In this document: one piece after another, positions 1-8,836 of the stretch | Numbering within the stretch: the stretch's first letter is position 1 | Layout: each line of letters opens with the position of its first letter | Source of the DNA: an uncultured Desulfobacterales bacterium | Lineage (GTDB): Bacteria; Desulfobacterota; Desulfobaccia; Desulfobaccales; 0-14-0-80-60-11 | DNA length: 64,000 nt | Assembly (NCBI GenBank): GCA_964480485.1 | Contig: CAYZOP010000001.1 | Location: 431,541-495,540, forward strand | Direction: 5' to 3' | Position numbers and translations under genes: made by a program | The notes under the pieces: model-generated | The model's database searches: none | Seen by the model: only the letters and a program-made list of their open reading frames with translations | What the model was told of the DNA's origin: nothing

Positions 1-1065
1 CATCAGGTTGCCGGTATCGGCGGCGCTCACCGATTCCGTCGCGACATCGGTATATGAGGTCTCGCCGATGGTGGCACTCCAGGTGAGACAGATGGTGGCG
101 TCAGACACCGAGACGTCAAAGTAGTCGGCGATCATGAGCTTCACCGGGATGACCTTGCCGGAGAACAGGCCGGCCCCCACGCCGTCAATTTGCACCGGTG
201 GCTGGAAGCCCCCGAATTTGTATTTCACTCCCAGTTTAGCCATATCGGGAACCGCCGCCAAGTAGCAGGCATCACCCTGGAAACTGGCGGTGACGGTATA
301 GCTGCCCACGGTCAGGCCGCTGGTATCCAGGGTCAGAGTGGCCACGCCGTTTACATCGGTGGTGACAGTGCCCAAAGAGGTTGCCGGGTAAGATTCCTTG
401 GCGATGGTAAATTCTATGGGTTTGCCCGCCAGGGGCTGGTTGTCTGAGGAAGTGACGAGCTTGGCCTCAAAAGTGGTCTCCGGCTGTTTGTATTCCACGC
501 ATGCTGATTCGGGCGTGATGGACAGAGCGGTGGCCTGAGGCGTGCATCCACTGGGTATCACAGTAAAACCAATAGTAACGCCATAATCATCTTCCAATCG
601 GGGATTTCCCCCACCCCCCCCAAAGGCGGTTGGGGCAATCTTGACGGTATAGGCTCCGGGCGAAGCCGGGGCGATGATGTTTACCTGGACGGTTAACGTT
701 GCTGAAGAATTATTAGCCGTAAAGGTGAAACTGGTATTTGCAGGGTTCCCCCCAAAATATACCGTAGGAGTGGCCGGCCCGGTGGTGGAAGTGACGCCGT
801 AAGTTACCGTTTGGGGGTAACCCTGGCTGCCGGTAGCTCTAATCCCCAAAGTAAGGTTGAATTGGATGTTTGTTTCGCCGACAACGCTGTCCTTCCATTT
901 GGCCGAGACCACCCCGTCGGCATCAGGAACAATATCTGTAAAAGATGATTCTGGAGAAATCGCGTGTGTTACATGATGGGCGGCGAAGGCCGCGGGGGCT
1001 AAGAGCGTCCCCCCCAGGACCAGCAGCCCGGCCAGCAACAACACCATGCCTTTGGGTTTCATCAT
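1..1065 (-). CDS. Secreted repeat / Ig-like-fold protein, 5' part only (the gene runs off the left edge of the window)
   Basis: Reverse-strand ATGATG at 1065/1062 is preceded by GGAG (revcomp of ctcctt at 1071-1076). The N-terminus MMKPKGMVLLLAGLLVLGGTLLAPAAFAAHH is a classical signal peptide. The frame then stays open to position 1 with Thr/Gly/Val-rich beta-type sequence (TVTYGVTSTTGPATP...TVKIAP...). The ORF track omits it because it is truncated by the window edge. Confidence 0.6.
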   Translation of the reverse strand, partial: MMKPKGMVLLLAGLLVLGGTLLAPAAFAAHHVTHAISPESSFTDIVPDADGVVSAKWKDSVVGETNIQFNLTLGIRATGSQGYPQTVTYGVTSTTGPATPTVYFGGNPANTSFTFTANNSSATLTVQVNIIAPASPGAYTVKIAPTAFGGGGGNPRLEDDYGVTIGFTVIPSGCTPQATALSITPESACVEYKQPETTFEAKLVTSSDNQPLAGKPIEFTIAKESYPATSLGTVTTDVNGVATLTLDTSGLTVGSYTVTASFQGDACYLAAVPDMAKLGVKYKFGGFQPPVQIDGVGAGLFSGKVIPVKLMIADYFDVSVSDATICLTWSATIGETSYTDVATESVSAADTGNLM

Positions 1066-1741
1066 CTGTTCTCCTTGCAAATGGTTCTCTGACCCCGCGC
1101 CTTCCGGGCGGGGCGGGTTTCCGGGGCATGCTCTCCCGGGGACTTGGGGGGCTTGGCGGACTGGGGTTTCCCCCTATCTTTATTCAATTTCCGTATCCAG
1201 GTTCCGCCCGGGATTTCCCCCCGCCCCGGCCCGCGTAAGGAGTAGCACCCCGGCTGCCACCGGCCTGCCGCTTACCCGCTCCCGGACGCTGGCGGTGAGG
1301 GGGACCGCCTCCCTCCAGGCCACCGGGTTGGCGGAGACGCCCCGCGGCCCTCGTGGCCACGGAGAGATGCCTCTTCCCTGCCGCCGGGCCTGGCCCGGCC
1401 CTCCTTTGCCGGCCGGCGGGCCGGGGGGTCAATGGCAGTATTCCAAATTCTATGCCAAAGGGGAGTTTTTAAAACCCATTGGTATTATTGCAGTATTTTT
1501 GCCGGGGAAAAACCTTCCTGTCCAAGGAAATGAACAAGAGGGCTCGTTTGTTCCCAGGGGCGAACAACAGATCACGGGCAGCGGCGGCCGGCGGGCTGCG
1601 GCGTCTGCCTGCCGGTTACAGGCGAGGGCGGGGCGAAGGAAACGGGGCGGGGCCGGGCGGGCGCCCCCCGGAGCGGGGGCGGGGTACCAGAGGGCGCGCA
1701 AGGGGCTCTGGAGTCCCGGAGCCCCTCCCCGCGGCCGGAGG

Positions 1742-2644
1742 TTAAATTTTGATGAGGCCGGCGGCCAGTTTGGCGGCCATGACGGTGTTTTTCATGAGCA
1801 TGGTGATGGTCATGGGGCCCACGCCGCCGGGCACCGGGGTGATGCAGGAGGCCACTTCCTTCACCGCCTCGAAGTCCACGTCGCCGGCCAGGATCGCCTT
1901 GCCGGTCTTTTCGCTGATGCCGATGCGGTTGACGCCCACGTCAATGACGCAGGCGCCGGGTTTCACCCAGTCACCCTGGACGTACTTGGGCACGCCCGCG
2001 GCCACCACCAGGATGTCGGCCCGGCGGCAGTGTTCGATGAGCTTGTCCTTGGGGGTGCCGGTGTGCACACAGGTGACGGTGGCGTTGGCGCCGGCCTTCT
2101 TCTGGATCATGATGGCCACCATGGGCTTGCCCACGATGTTGGAGCGGCCCACCACCACCACTTCCTTGCCCTTGGGGTCGCCGTAGCCCCGGACGATGAG
2201 CTCCTGGCAGCCCGCAGGGGTGCAGGGCAGGAAGGCGTACTCGCCGATGAGGATGCGGCCCACGTTCACCGGATGGAAGGCATCCACGTCCTTGTCGGGG
2301 TTGATGCGGTAGAGCACCTTGTTGGTGTCGATGTGCTTGGGGAGCGGCAGCTGCACCAGGATGCCGTGGATTTTGGGATCGGCGTTGTATTTGTTTAGGA
2401 GGGCCATGAGGGCGTCCTCGGTGATGGAGACGTCCTGGTTGTCCTGCACCGAATAGAAGCCCAACTCGTGGGCGGTCTTCTGCTTGGCGGTGACGTAGCT
2501 CACCGACCCCGGGTCTTCCCCCACCAGGATGGTCACCAGACCGGGAGTGACCCCGTGCTTGGCCTTCAGGTCTTCCACTTCCTGCTTCAACTCTTCACGG
2601 ATCTGGGCGGCGACTTCCGCCCCTTTGATCAGTTTGGCGGCCAT
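1742..2644 (-). CDS. folD: Bifunctional 5,10-methylene-tetrahydrofolate dehydrogenase / methenyl-THF cyclohydrolase
   Basis: Full-length FolD-like sequence (KGAEVAAQIREEL..., VILVGEDPGSVSYV, ILVQLPLPKHID, VVVVGRSNIVGKPM, PVPGGVGPMTITML). I chose the ATG at 2644 because AAGGAGA lies 7 nt upstream. The track ORF start at 2701 adds 19 implausible residues. Confidence 0.93.
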   Translation of the reverse strand: MAAKLIKGAEVAAQIREELKQEVEDLKAKHGVTPGLVTILVGEDPGSVSYVTAKQKTAHELGFYSVQDNQDVSITEDALMALLNKYNADPKIHGILVQLPLPKHIDTNKVLYRINPDKDVDAFHPVNVGRILIGEYAFLPCTPAGCQELIVRGYGDPKGKEVVVVGRSNIVGKPMVAIMIQKKAGANATVTCVHTGTPKDKLIEHCRRADILVVAAGVPKYVQGDWVKPGACVIDVGVNRIGISEKTGKAILAGDVDFEAVKEVASCITPVPGGVGPMTITMLMKNTVMAAKLAAGLIKI

Positions 2645-2846
2645 AAATCTGGGTCTCCTTGAGATTGTGATTTTTTTCGCGTAATCGCTTTTTACCATCA
2701 ATAACTACCCAAGGTCAATGGAAAATTTTTGACCATAGGCTTTCTTTGGCGGTGCGGACTTGACAGGCCCCGGGGTTTTCGGAGAAGATGCGGAGGGATT
2801 GCGGGGCTGGGACCCTGCGATTGCTGCTGGGAGGCCGCCGACTGGC

Positions 2847-3176
2847 ATGAAAAAGCGGATTGAGCGACGGGTGAAGCGGTATCCGGTGCGCTTGGCCATC
2901 ATGGAGCTCAACGGCCAACCGGCCGCGGACGCCTATGTGGTGGACCTCAGCTCCCTGGGGGCGCGGCTGGAGACCGCGACGCCCCTGGCCCCCCGCAACT
3001 CCGTGGATTTCACCGTGGCGCTCCCCGGCCAGGCCGCCCCGGCCAGGCTGTCCGGCCAGGTGGTGTGGCTGCGGCCCCTCTTGGACCGCCCCGGTCGGTT
3101 TCAGATGGGGGTGCAGTTTTTCGCGCCCCAGTGGGACCTGGACCGTCTGGCCCAAGCCAGCCATCCTCCCTCGTAG
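2847..3176 (+). CDS. PilZ-domain protein (putative c-di-GMP receptor)
   Basis: MKKRIERRVKRYPVRL...VVDLSSLGARLE... matches the RxxxR / DxSxxG PilZ signature. The ATG at 2847 lies inside the longer track ORF 2760..3176. Confidence 0.72.
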   Translation: MKKRIERRVKRYPVRLAIMELNGQPAADAYVVDLSSLGARLETATPLAPRNSVDFTVALPGQAAPARLSGQVVWLRPLLDRPGRFQMGVQFFAPQWDLDRLAQASHPPS

Positions 3177-3263
3177 CCTGGCCACCGCTCCTCGTCCTGC
3201 CGCACCGGTTTCCCGCTCCCTGGCCCCCCTGATCTGCCGGTTCCCGCATCCGCCCCTTTGCCA

Positions 3264-3293
3264 TTGAAGTTTGGGTAAGTTTCAGGGTATAAT
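3264..3293 (+). promoter_or_regulatory. Candidate sigma-70 promoter for lysC
   Basis: TTGAAG, 18 nt, then TATAAT, about 35 nt upstream of the GTG at 3327. Confidence 0.4.
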
Positions 3294-3326
3294 AGATTTT
3301 TAAAATTCGTTTGGAGAGCATGAATC

Positions 3327-4547
3327 GTGGCGCTCATTGTGCAAAAATACGGCGGCACCTCGGTGGCCAATCCCGACCGCATCGCCAATGTGGCCAACCG
3401 GGTGCTCAAAAACTATGCCGACGGCCACCGCATGGTGGTGGTCCTGTCGGCCATGGCCGGGGAGACGGACCGCCTCATCAATCTGGCCAAGGAGCTGAGC
3501 GACCCCCCGGACCCCCGGGAGCTGGACGTGCTTTTAGCCACCGGGGAGCAGGTCACCGTCTCCTTGTTCAGCATGTTCCTGAGATCCCAGGGGGTGCCGG
3601 CGGCGTCGCTTTTGGGCCACCAGGCCTGCATCTACACCGACCGGGCCTACGGCCGGGCCCGCATCATCGGCATCGACACCACCCGCATCCGGGAGGAGTT
3701 GAAAAAGGGCCGCATCGTCACGGTGGCCGGCTTCCAGGGGGTGGACGAGGTGGGCAACATCACCACCCTGGGCCGGGGCGGCTCGGACACCACCGCGGTG
3801 GCGGTGGCCGCGGCCCTGAAGGCCGACCTGTGCGAAATCTACACCGACGTGGAGGGGGTCTATACCACTGACCCCCGCATTTATGCCAAGGCCCGTCTGC
3901 TCCCGAAAATCTCCTACGACGAGATGCTGGAGATGGCCTCCCTGGGGGCCAAGGTCCTGGAAATCCGCTCGGTGGGCTTTGCCAAGCAATATAAGGTGCC
4001 GCTGAAAGTCCGCTCCACCTTCAGCGGCCATCCCGGCACCCTGGTGTGCATGGAGGACGAAGAAATGGAAGCGATTCCGGTATCCGGCGTGGCCTTCAGC
4101 CGCAACGATGCCCGGGTGAGCATATTGGGGGTGCCCGACCGGCCGGGCATCGCGGTGAAATTCTTCAAGCCGGTGGCCGACGCCAATATCGTGGTGGACC
4201 TCATCATCCAGAACACCAGCGTGGACGGCTCCGCGGACATCACCTTCACCGTGCCCAAGGGCGACCTGAGGCGCACCCTGGAGATCGTCCGGGAGGTGAG
4301 CCGGGAGGTGGGCGCCCGGGACGTCCTGAGCGATGAACACATCGCCAAGGTCTCCATCGTGGGGGTGGGGATGCGCAACAACGCCGGGGTGGCGGCCCGC
4401 ATGTTCGACGCCCTGGCCGCCAACGGCATCAATATCATGATGATCAGCACCTCGGAGATCAAAATCTCCTGCGTCATCGAAGACAAGTTCACCGAGCTGG
4501 CCGTGCGCGTCCTCCACGACGCCTTCCAACTGGACCAGCCCCGGTGA
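3327..4547 (+). CDS. lysC: Aspartate kinase
   Basis: GTG start. It has VQKYGGTSV, the GGSDTTAVAVAAAL motif, and C-terminal tandem ACT-like regions. The 406 aa length is typical. Confidence 0.95.
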   Translation: MALIVQKYGGTSVANPDRIANVANRVLKNYADGHRMVVVLSAMAGETDRLINLAKELSDPPDPRELDVLLATGEQVTVSLFSMFLRSQGVPAASLLGHQACIYTDRAYGRARIIGIDTTRIREELKKGRIVTVAGFQGVDEVGNITTLGRGGSDTTAVAVAAALKADLCEIYTDVEGVYTTDPRIYAKARLLPKISYDEMLEMASLGAKVLEIRSVGFAKQYKVPLKVRSTFSGHPGTLVCMEDEEMEAIPVSGVAFSRNDARVSILGVPDRPGIAVKFFKPVADANIVVDLIIQNTSVDGSADITFTVPKGDLRRTLEIVREVSREVGARDVLSDEHIAKVSIVGVGMRNNAGVAARMFDALAANGINIMMISTSEIKISCVIEDKFTELAVRVLHDAFQLDQPR

Positions 4548-4566
4548 GCAGGGCAATAGGCACGAT

Positions 4567-4687
4567 GGGGGAGGGCCAGGGAGCAAAAGCCCCCTGCCCT
4601 GACCCACACCCCCTCCCAACCCTTTGAAGGGGTGGGGGCGGGGCTTGGGGAGGGGGCAGGGGGCCACCGGCCCCTGGCTCCTTTCCC
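4567..4687. repeat. G/C-rich composite palindromic element, full three-hairpin copy (M1-M2-M1)
   Basis: GGGGAGGGCCAGGG..CCCCCTGCCC / CCCCCTCCCAACCC-TTTGAA-GGGGTGGGGG / GGGGAGGGGGCAGGGGGCC-ACC-GGCCCCTG. It lies between lysC and cimA. Confidence 0.75.
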
Positions 4688-4714
4688 AAGAACCGAGCAA
4701 CAAGGGGAACCGCC

Positions 4715-6370
4715 ATGCGGTTGGTGAAGATCTATGACACGACCTTACGGGACGGCACCCAGGCGGAGGAGTTTTCCCTGTCCCTGGCGGACAAGATCCG
4801 GGTGGCCCGCAAGTTGGCGCAGTTGGGGGTGCACTACATCGAGGGCGGCTGGCCGGGATCCAACCCCAAGGATAAAGAGTTCTTCACGGAAATCCGCAAT
4901 TATGATTTGGGGAGCGCCCGCGTCGCCGCCTTCGGCTCCACCCATCACAAGGACAGCGCCCCGGAGCAGGACCTGAACACCCAGGAACTGGTGAAGAGCC
5001 GGGCCCCGGTGATCACCATTTTCGGCAAGTCCTCCCTGTTCCAGGTGCGGGAGATCCTCCAAACCACCCCGGAGCGCAACCTGGAGCTCATCACCAACTC
5101 CCTGGCCTACCTCAAGAATTTTTCCGAGGAACTCTTTTACGACGCCGAGCATTTTTTTGACGCCTTTCAGGAAGACCGGAATTATGCCTTGCGGACCCTG
5201 GAGGCGGCGCTGGCCGGCGGCGCCCATTGCCTGGTGCTGTGCGACACCAACGGCGGCACCCTCACCTCGGAGCTGGCGGAGATCATCAAGGCGGTGAAAG
5301 AGCGTTTTCCCCAGGTTCCTTTGGGGATCCACGCCCACAATGACTCGGAGCTGGCGGTGGCCAACTCCCTGGCCGCGGTGGAGCTGGGCTGCGACCAGGT
5401 GCAGGGCACCATCAACGGCGTGGGTGAGCGCTGCGGCAACGCCAACCTGTGCTCCATCATCGCCAACCTGAAGCTGAAGATGGGGCTGGACTGCATCAGT
5501 GACGAGAACCTGCGGAAACTCAGGGAGGTGTCCCAGTTTATTTACGAGCTGGCCAATGTGCGGCCCAACCGCTACCAGCCTTTTGTGGGCCGCAGCGCCT
5601 TCGCCCACAAGGGCGGGGTCCACGCCGCCGCGGTGAAGCGCAACCCCCGGGCCTACGAGCACATCGACCCGGAGCGGGTGGGGAACGTCCGGCGCATCCC
5701 GGTCTCCGACCTTTCCGGCAAGGGGAACATCCTTCTCAAGGCCCAGGAGCTGGGGCTGGAGCCCACCACCCACGACGCCCAGGTGCGGCAGGCTTATGAG
5801 AAACTGCGGCCCATCCTCATGATGGGTGAACAGAAACTGCCCCCCCACGACACCAACGTCAAGTTCATCCTGGACCGGGTCAAGGACCTGGAGGCCCAGG
5901 GCTATCAGTTCGAGGCTGCGGAGGCTTCTCTGGAGTTGTTGGTGCGGGCGGCGCTGGGTCAGCACAAAGACTTTTTCCGCCTCCAGAGCTACCGGGTCAT
6001 CGACCAGAAGGGAGGGCAGGATGAGCCGCCCCTGCCGGAGGCCACCATCCGGGTGCACGTGGGCCTGCACGAAGTTCACACTGCGGCGGTGGGGAACGGC
6101 CCGGTGGACGCCCTGTACAACGCCTTGCTGAAGGCCCTGGTGCGCTTCTATCCCCGGCTCATGGAAGTGAGCCTGGAGGACTACAAGGTGCGGGTCCTCC
6201 CCGGCATGCACGGCACCAGCGCCAAGGTGCGGGTTTTCGTGGAGTCCCGGGACGCCACCGACTGGTGGGGGACCATCGGCGTCTCCCACGATATCATCGA
6301 GGCCTCCTGGCAGGCTCTGGTGGACAGCATCAATTACAAGCTCTTCAAGGACGAACAACGGTCGCACTGA
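4715..6370 (+). CDS. cimA: (R)-citramalate synthase (LeuA/CimA family, long form with C-terminal regulatory domain)
   Basis: It has IYDTTLRDGTQAE, HAHNDSELAVANSLAAV and a C-terminal LeuA-dimer-like domain. It is distinct from the bona fide leuA at 44568..46118. The CimA versus LeuA2 assignment rests on overall similarity pattern only. Confidence 0.85.
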   Translation: MRLVKIYDTTLRDGTQAEEFSLSLADKIRVARKLAQLGVHYIEGGWPGSNPKDKEFFTEIRNYDLGSARVAAFGSTHHKDSAPEQDLNTQELVKSRAPVITIFGKSSLFQVREILQTTPERNLELITNSLAYLKNFSEELFYDAEHFFDAFQEDRNYALRTLEAALAGGAHCLVLCDTNGGTLTSELAEIIKAVKERFPQVPLGIHAHNDSELAVANSLAAVELGCDQVQGTINGVGERCGNANLCSIIANLKLKMGLDCISDENLRKLREVSQFIYELANVRPNRYQPFVGRSAFAHKGGVHAAAVKRNPRAYEHIDPERVGNVRRIPVSDLSGKGNILLKAQELGLEPTTHDAQVRQAYEKLRPILMMGEQKLPPHDTNVKFILDRVKDLEAQGYQFEAAEASLELLVRAALGQHKDFFRLQSYRVIDQKGGQDEPPLPEATIRVHVGLHEVHTAAVGNGPVDALYNALLKALVRFYPRLMEVSLEDYKVRVLPGMHGTSAKVRVFVESRDATDWWGTIGVSHDIIEASWQALVDSINYKLFKDEQRSH

Positions 6371-6385
6371 GGAGCGTAGGATTAT

Positions 6386-6446
6386 GGGGGGAGGGGAGGT
6401 TGAGGGGAGGGCGAGAAGCCATTGCTCCCCCGGCCCTCCCCTCCAG
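6386..6446. repeat. G/C-rich palindromic element, single M1 hairpin
   Basis: TTGAGGGGAGGGC-N20-GCCCTCCCCTC, after the cimA stop. Confidence 0.7.
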
Positions 6447-6468
6447 GTTACCACTCAAAGACCACGTC

Positions 6469-7041
6469 ATGCCGCGGGCTTTTAGCTGGGAGCAGTTGGG
6501 GGTCGTGGTGCTCTTGGGCGCGGTGCTCCTGGGCCTGTTCGCCTGGCGGGAGCATCCGTCAGCTTCCCCGCCGGTTAGGTTGCCCGCGCCGGTATTCGTC
6601 GAGGTTGCCGGCGAGGGCGCGGCCCACCCCGGGGTGTATGTCTTTGAGGAGCCCCCTCCCCTGCTGGCGGTTCTGGAAAAAGCCGGCGTCCCTTCCCTGG
6701 CCGTTCCCGACAATCCCGTCCTGGCTTCCGGCACCCGGGTGGAACTGAGCGGGGAGGGCACCTATCAGCTCTCCCGTATGGCTGGCGGCCGTCTGGTCAC
6801 CCTGGGCCTGCCGCTGGACCTGAATTCGGCCACCGCCCCTGACTTGGAGCGCCTCCCGGGCCTGGGGCCGGAGTTGGCCCGGCGCATCGTGGCGTATCGG
6901 CAGGAGCACGGGCCTTTCACGATCCTGGACGATCTGACCCAGGTGAAGGGGATCGGGCCTGCCAAGCTGGCCCATCTGAAGCCGTACCTGAGCCTTGCGC
7001 CCCCGGGGCAATGGGAGGGGAGCCGGTCTGACCGGCGTTAG
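6469..7041 (+). CDS. ComEA-like helix-hairpin-helix DNA-binding protein with N-terminal membrane anchor
   Basis: MPRAFSWEQLGVVVLLGAVLLGLF forms the anchor. It is followed by LDLNSATAPDLERLPGLGPELARRIVAYRQEHGPF..LDDLTQVKGIGPAKL, a tandem HhH typical of ComEA. The ATG at 6469 is internal to the track ORF that starts at 6265. Confidence 0.8.
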   Translation: MPRAFSWEQLGVVVLLGAVLLGLFAWREHPSASPPVRLPAPVFVEVAGEGAAHPGVYVFEEPPPLLAVLEKAGVPSLAVPDNPVLASGTRVELSGEGTYQLSRMAGGRLVTLGLPLDLNSATAPDLERLPGLGPELARRIVAYRQEHGPFTILDDLTQVKGIGPAKLAHLKPYLSLAPPGQWEGSRSDRR

Positions 7042-7129
7042 CCCTGAGGCCGCAATCTGGCCAGGACCCCCATGGCGGCACCGCCTGCCATCTGGCGAAT
7101 CCAGCCCCGAGCCCTCGTGGAGGAATTGC

Positions 7130-7531
7130 ATGACCATTCAAACCAGCCGGTCGTACCATTGCCCGAAATGCGGCCATCCCCAAGAGTTCACCTTGTGGCA
7201 GTCCCTCAACGTCACCCTCAACCCCGAGCTCAAAGAAAGGCTGTTTCACGGGCAGATCAACGTGTTCACCTGCGATTCCTGTAATTTTGCGTCATTCATT
7301 GATTATCCCTTGCTATATCATGATATGGACCGAACCTTCTGTATCCAGTATTATCCCGTGGCCGCCCTGGAAGACGAGGACTTTTTCAAGATATTCAGGA
7401 AGAACGGCACCTTAAATCTTAACATGCCCTCCGGGCACTATCTGGAAAACCCCCACCTGGTTTTTGACATGCATGAGATGCTGCGTTACATCATTTTCCG
7501 GGAACGAATCTTTGAGGTGGGGCAGGATTAA
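7130..7531 (+). CDS. CpXC-type zinc-ribbon domain protein
   Basis: Two Cys pairs are present (HCPKCGH ... FTCDSCNF), with GGAGGA 6 nt upstream of the ATG at 7130. The region is visibly more AT-rich than its neighbours. Confidence 0.62.
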   Translation: MTIQTSRSYHCPKCGHPQEFTLWQSLNVTLNPELKERLFHGQINVFTCDSCNFASFIDYPLLYHDMDRTFCIQYYPVAALEDEDFFKIFRKNGTLNLNMPSGHYLENPHLVFDMHEMLRYIIFRERIFEVGQD

Positions 7532-7553
7532 GCGCTATCCCCCGGAGAAAGTC

Positions 7554-8552
7554 ATGCTGGTTCTGGGCCTGGAAACCTCCTGCGACGAAACCGCGGCCGC
7601 GGTGGTGGCCGACGGCCGGCGGGTGCTTGCCAGCGTGGTGGCCACCCAGTTCGAGCTCCACGCCGCCTACGGCGGGGTGGTCCCGGAGCTGGCGGCCCGG
7701 CGCCACCTGGAAAACGTCCTCCCGGTCATCCAGGGGGCCCTGGACCAAGCCGGGGTAGCTTTAACAGACTTGGACGGTCTGGCCGTGACCCAGGGTCCCG
7801 GCCTCATCGGCGCCCTGGTCATCGGCATGGCCACGGCCAAGGCGGTGGCCCGGGCCCTAGCACTGCCCCTGGCCGGGGTGCACCACCTCCAGGCCCATAT
7901 TGCCGCCATCTTCCTCACCGAAACCCCACCGGCCTTTCCTTTTGTGGCCTTGGTGGTCTCCGGCGGGCACACCAACCTTTATCGGGTGGAGAGCCTCTTG
8001 GACATGACCCTCCTGGGCCGCAGCCGGGATGATGCGGCCGGCGAGGCCTTCGACAAGGTGGCCAAAGTCATGGGCCTGGGCTATCCCGGGGGTGTGGTTC
8101 TGGAGTCGCTGGCCCGGGGCGGGGATCCGGCGGCGTTCTCCCTGCCCCGGCCCCGCATCCCCGACGAGCCCCTCACCTTCAGCTTCAGCGGCCTCAAGAC
8201 CGCGGTGGCCACCCTTCTCAAGAAGTGTCCGGACCTCATCCAGGCAGAGCAGAGCCGGGCCGACCTGGCGGCCAGCTTTCAGGAAGCGGTGGTGGAGAGC
8301 CTTGCCACCCGGGCCGTGGAGGCGTTGAACCACACCGGCTGCCAGCGGCTGGTGGTCTGCGGCGGCGTGGCGGCCAACGGCCGGCTTCGGGAGGCCCTGG
8401 CCCAGGCAGCGTCGGCAAGGGGTCATGAGCTTTTTCTCCCGCCTCTGTCGCTGTGCACCGACAACGCCGCCATGGTGGCCGCCCTGGGCTGGCACCACCT
8501 CCAGGCCGGCCAAGTCCTGGGGCCCAACGCCGACGTCTTCGCCCGGGGCTGA
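7554..8552 (+). CDS. tsaD: tRNA N6-adenosine threonylcarbamoyltransferase
   Basis: MLVLGLETSCDETAAAVV..., VHHLQAHI, and GVAANGRLRE match the Kae1/TsaD family over its full length. Confidence 0.93.
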   Translation: MLVLGLETSCDETAAAVVADGRRVLASVVATQFELHAAYGGVVPELAARRHLENVLPVIQGALDQAGVALTDLDGLAVTQGPGLIGALVIGMATAKAVARALALPLAGVHHLQAHIAAIFLTETPPAFPFVALVVSGGHTNLYRVESLLDMTLLGRSRDDAAGEAFDKVAKVMGLGYPGGVVLESLARGGDPAAFSLPRPRIPDEPLTFSFSGLKTAVATLLKKCPDLIQAEQSRADLAASFQEAVVESLATRAVEALNHTGCQRLVVCGGVAANGRLREALAQAASARGHELFLPPLSLCTDNAAMVAALGWHHLQAGQVLGPNADVFARG

Positions 8553-8836
8553 GGGGAACATCGGGGTCAGGAAAGGAGGCAGGAGGCTTGGAGCTCCGCC
8601 CTGCCGCCCTCTTGTCTGGGGTGGGGTTCGAAGGGCCCGCGGGAGTCAGCCTCCCCCCACCCTCTCGCCAAAGCCTTTTTTCAGGGCCTCAATCTCCGCT
8701 GGATTGCCGAAGTTTATTATAATAACCTGTAGCAGTTGGCCGTCATGGGCCAGAAAGCTTGGCTTTGGCGGCCCGCCAAGAGCCGCAGACTGGGTGTCCG
8801 CGCCATCAAACCAGGCAAAAGGAGGTCGAGCCGGTC

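Noticed and set aside
1440-1462. Sigma-54-like -24/-12 element (reverse strand TGGCAT-N5-TTGGA) upstream of the secreted-protein gene.
   Set aside because: The invariant -12 GC is replaced by GG, and the site is about 375 nt from the start codon, which is too weak to call. The same verdict applies to the GGCCAC...CGCT site near 30160, where the spacing is off by one.
4745-6454. 569-aa ORF antisense to cimA. Similar long antisense or out-of-frame ORFs include 1046..2398, 3534..4703, 12720..14786, 16780..17943, 20083..21450, 21602..23590, 28431..29978, 30012..31244, 34009..35697, 40499..42052, 40911..42107, 44946..46478, 59931..61289 and 60910..62130.
   Set aside because: All lie opposite or out of frame to genes with unmistakable family motifs. 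Their translations are Arg/Gly/Pro/His/Ala-rich low-complexity strings typical of shadow ORFs in GC-rich DNA, and none has an SD or a recognisable motif.
8625-8645. tRNA-like GGTTCGAAGGG string.
   Set aside because: No acceptor/D/anticodon arms can be folded around it. It is part of a degenerate G/C-rich repeat after tsaD.
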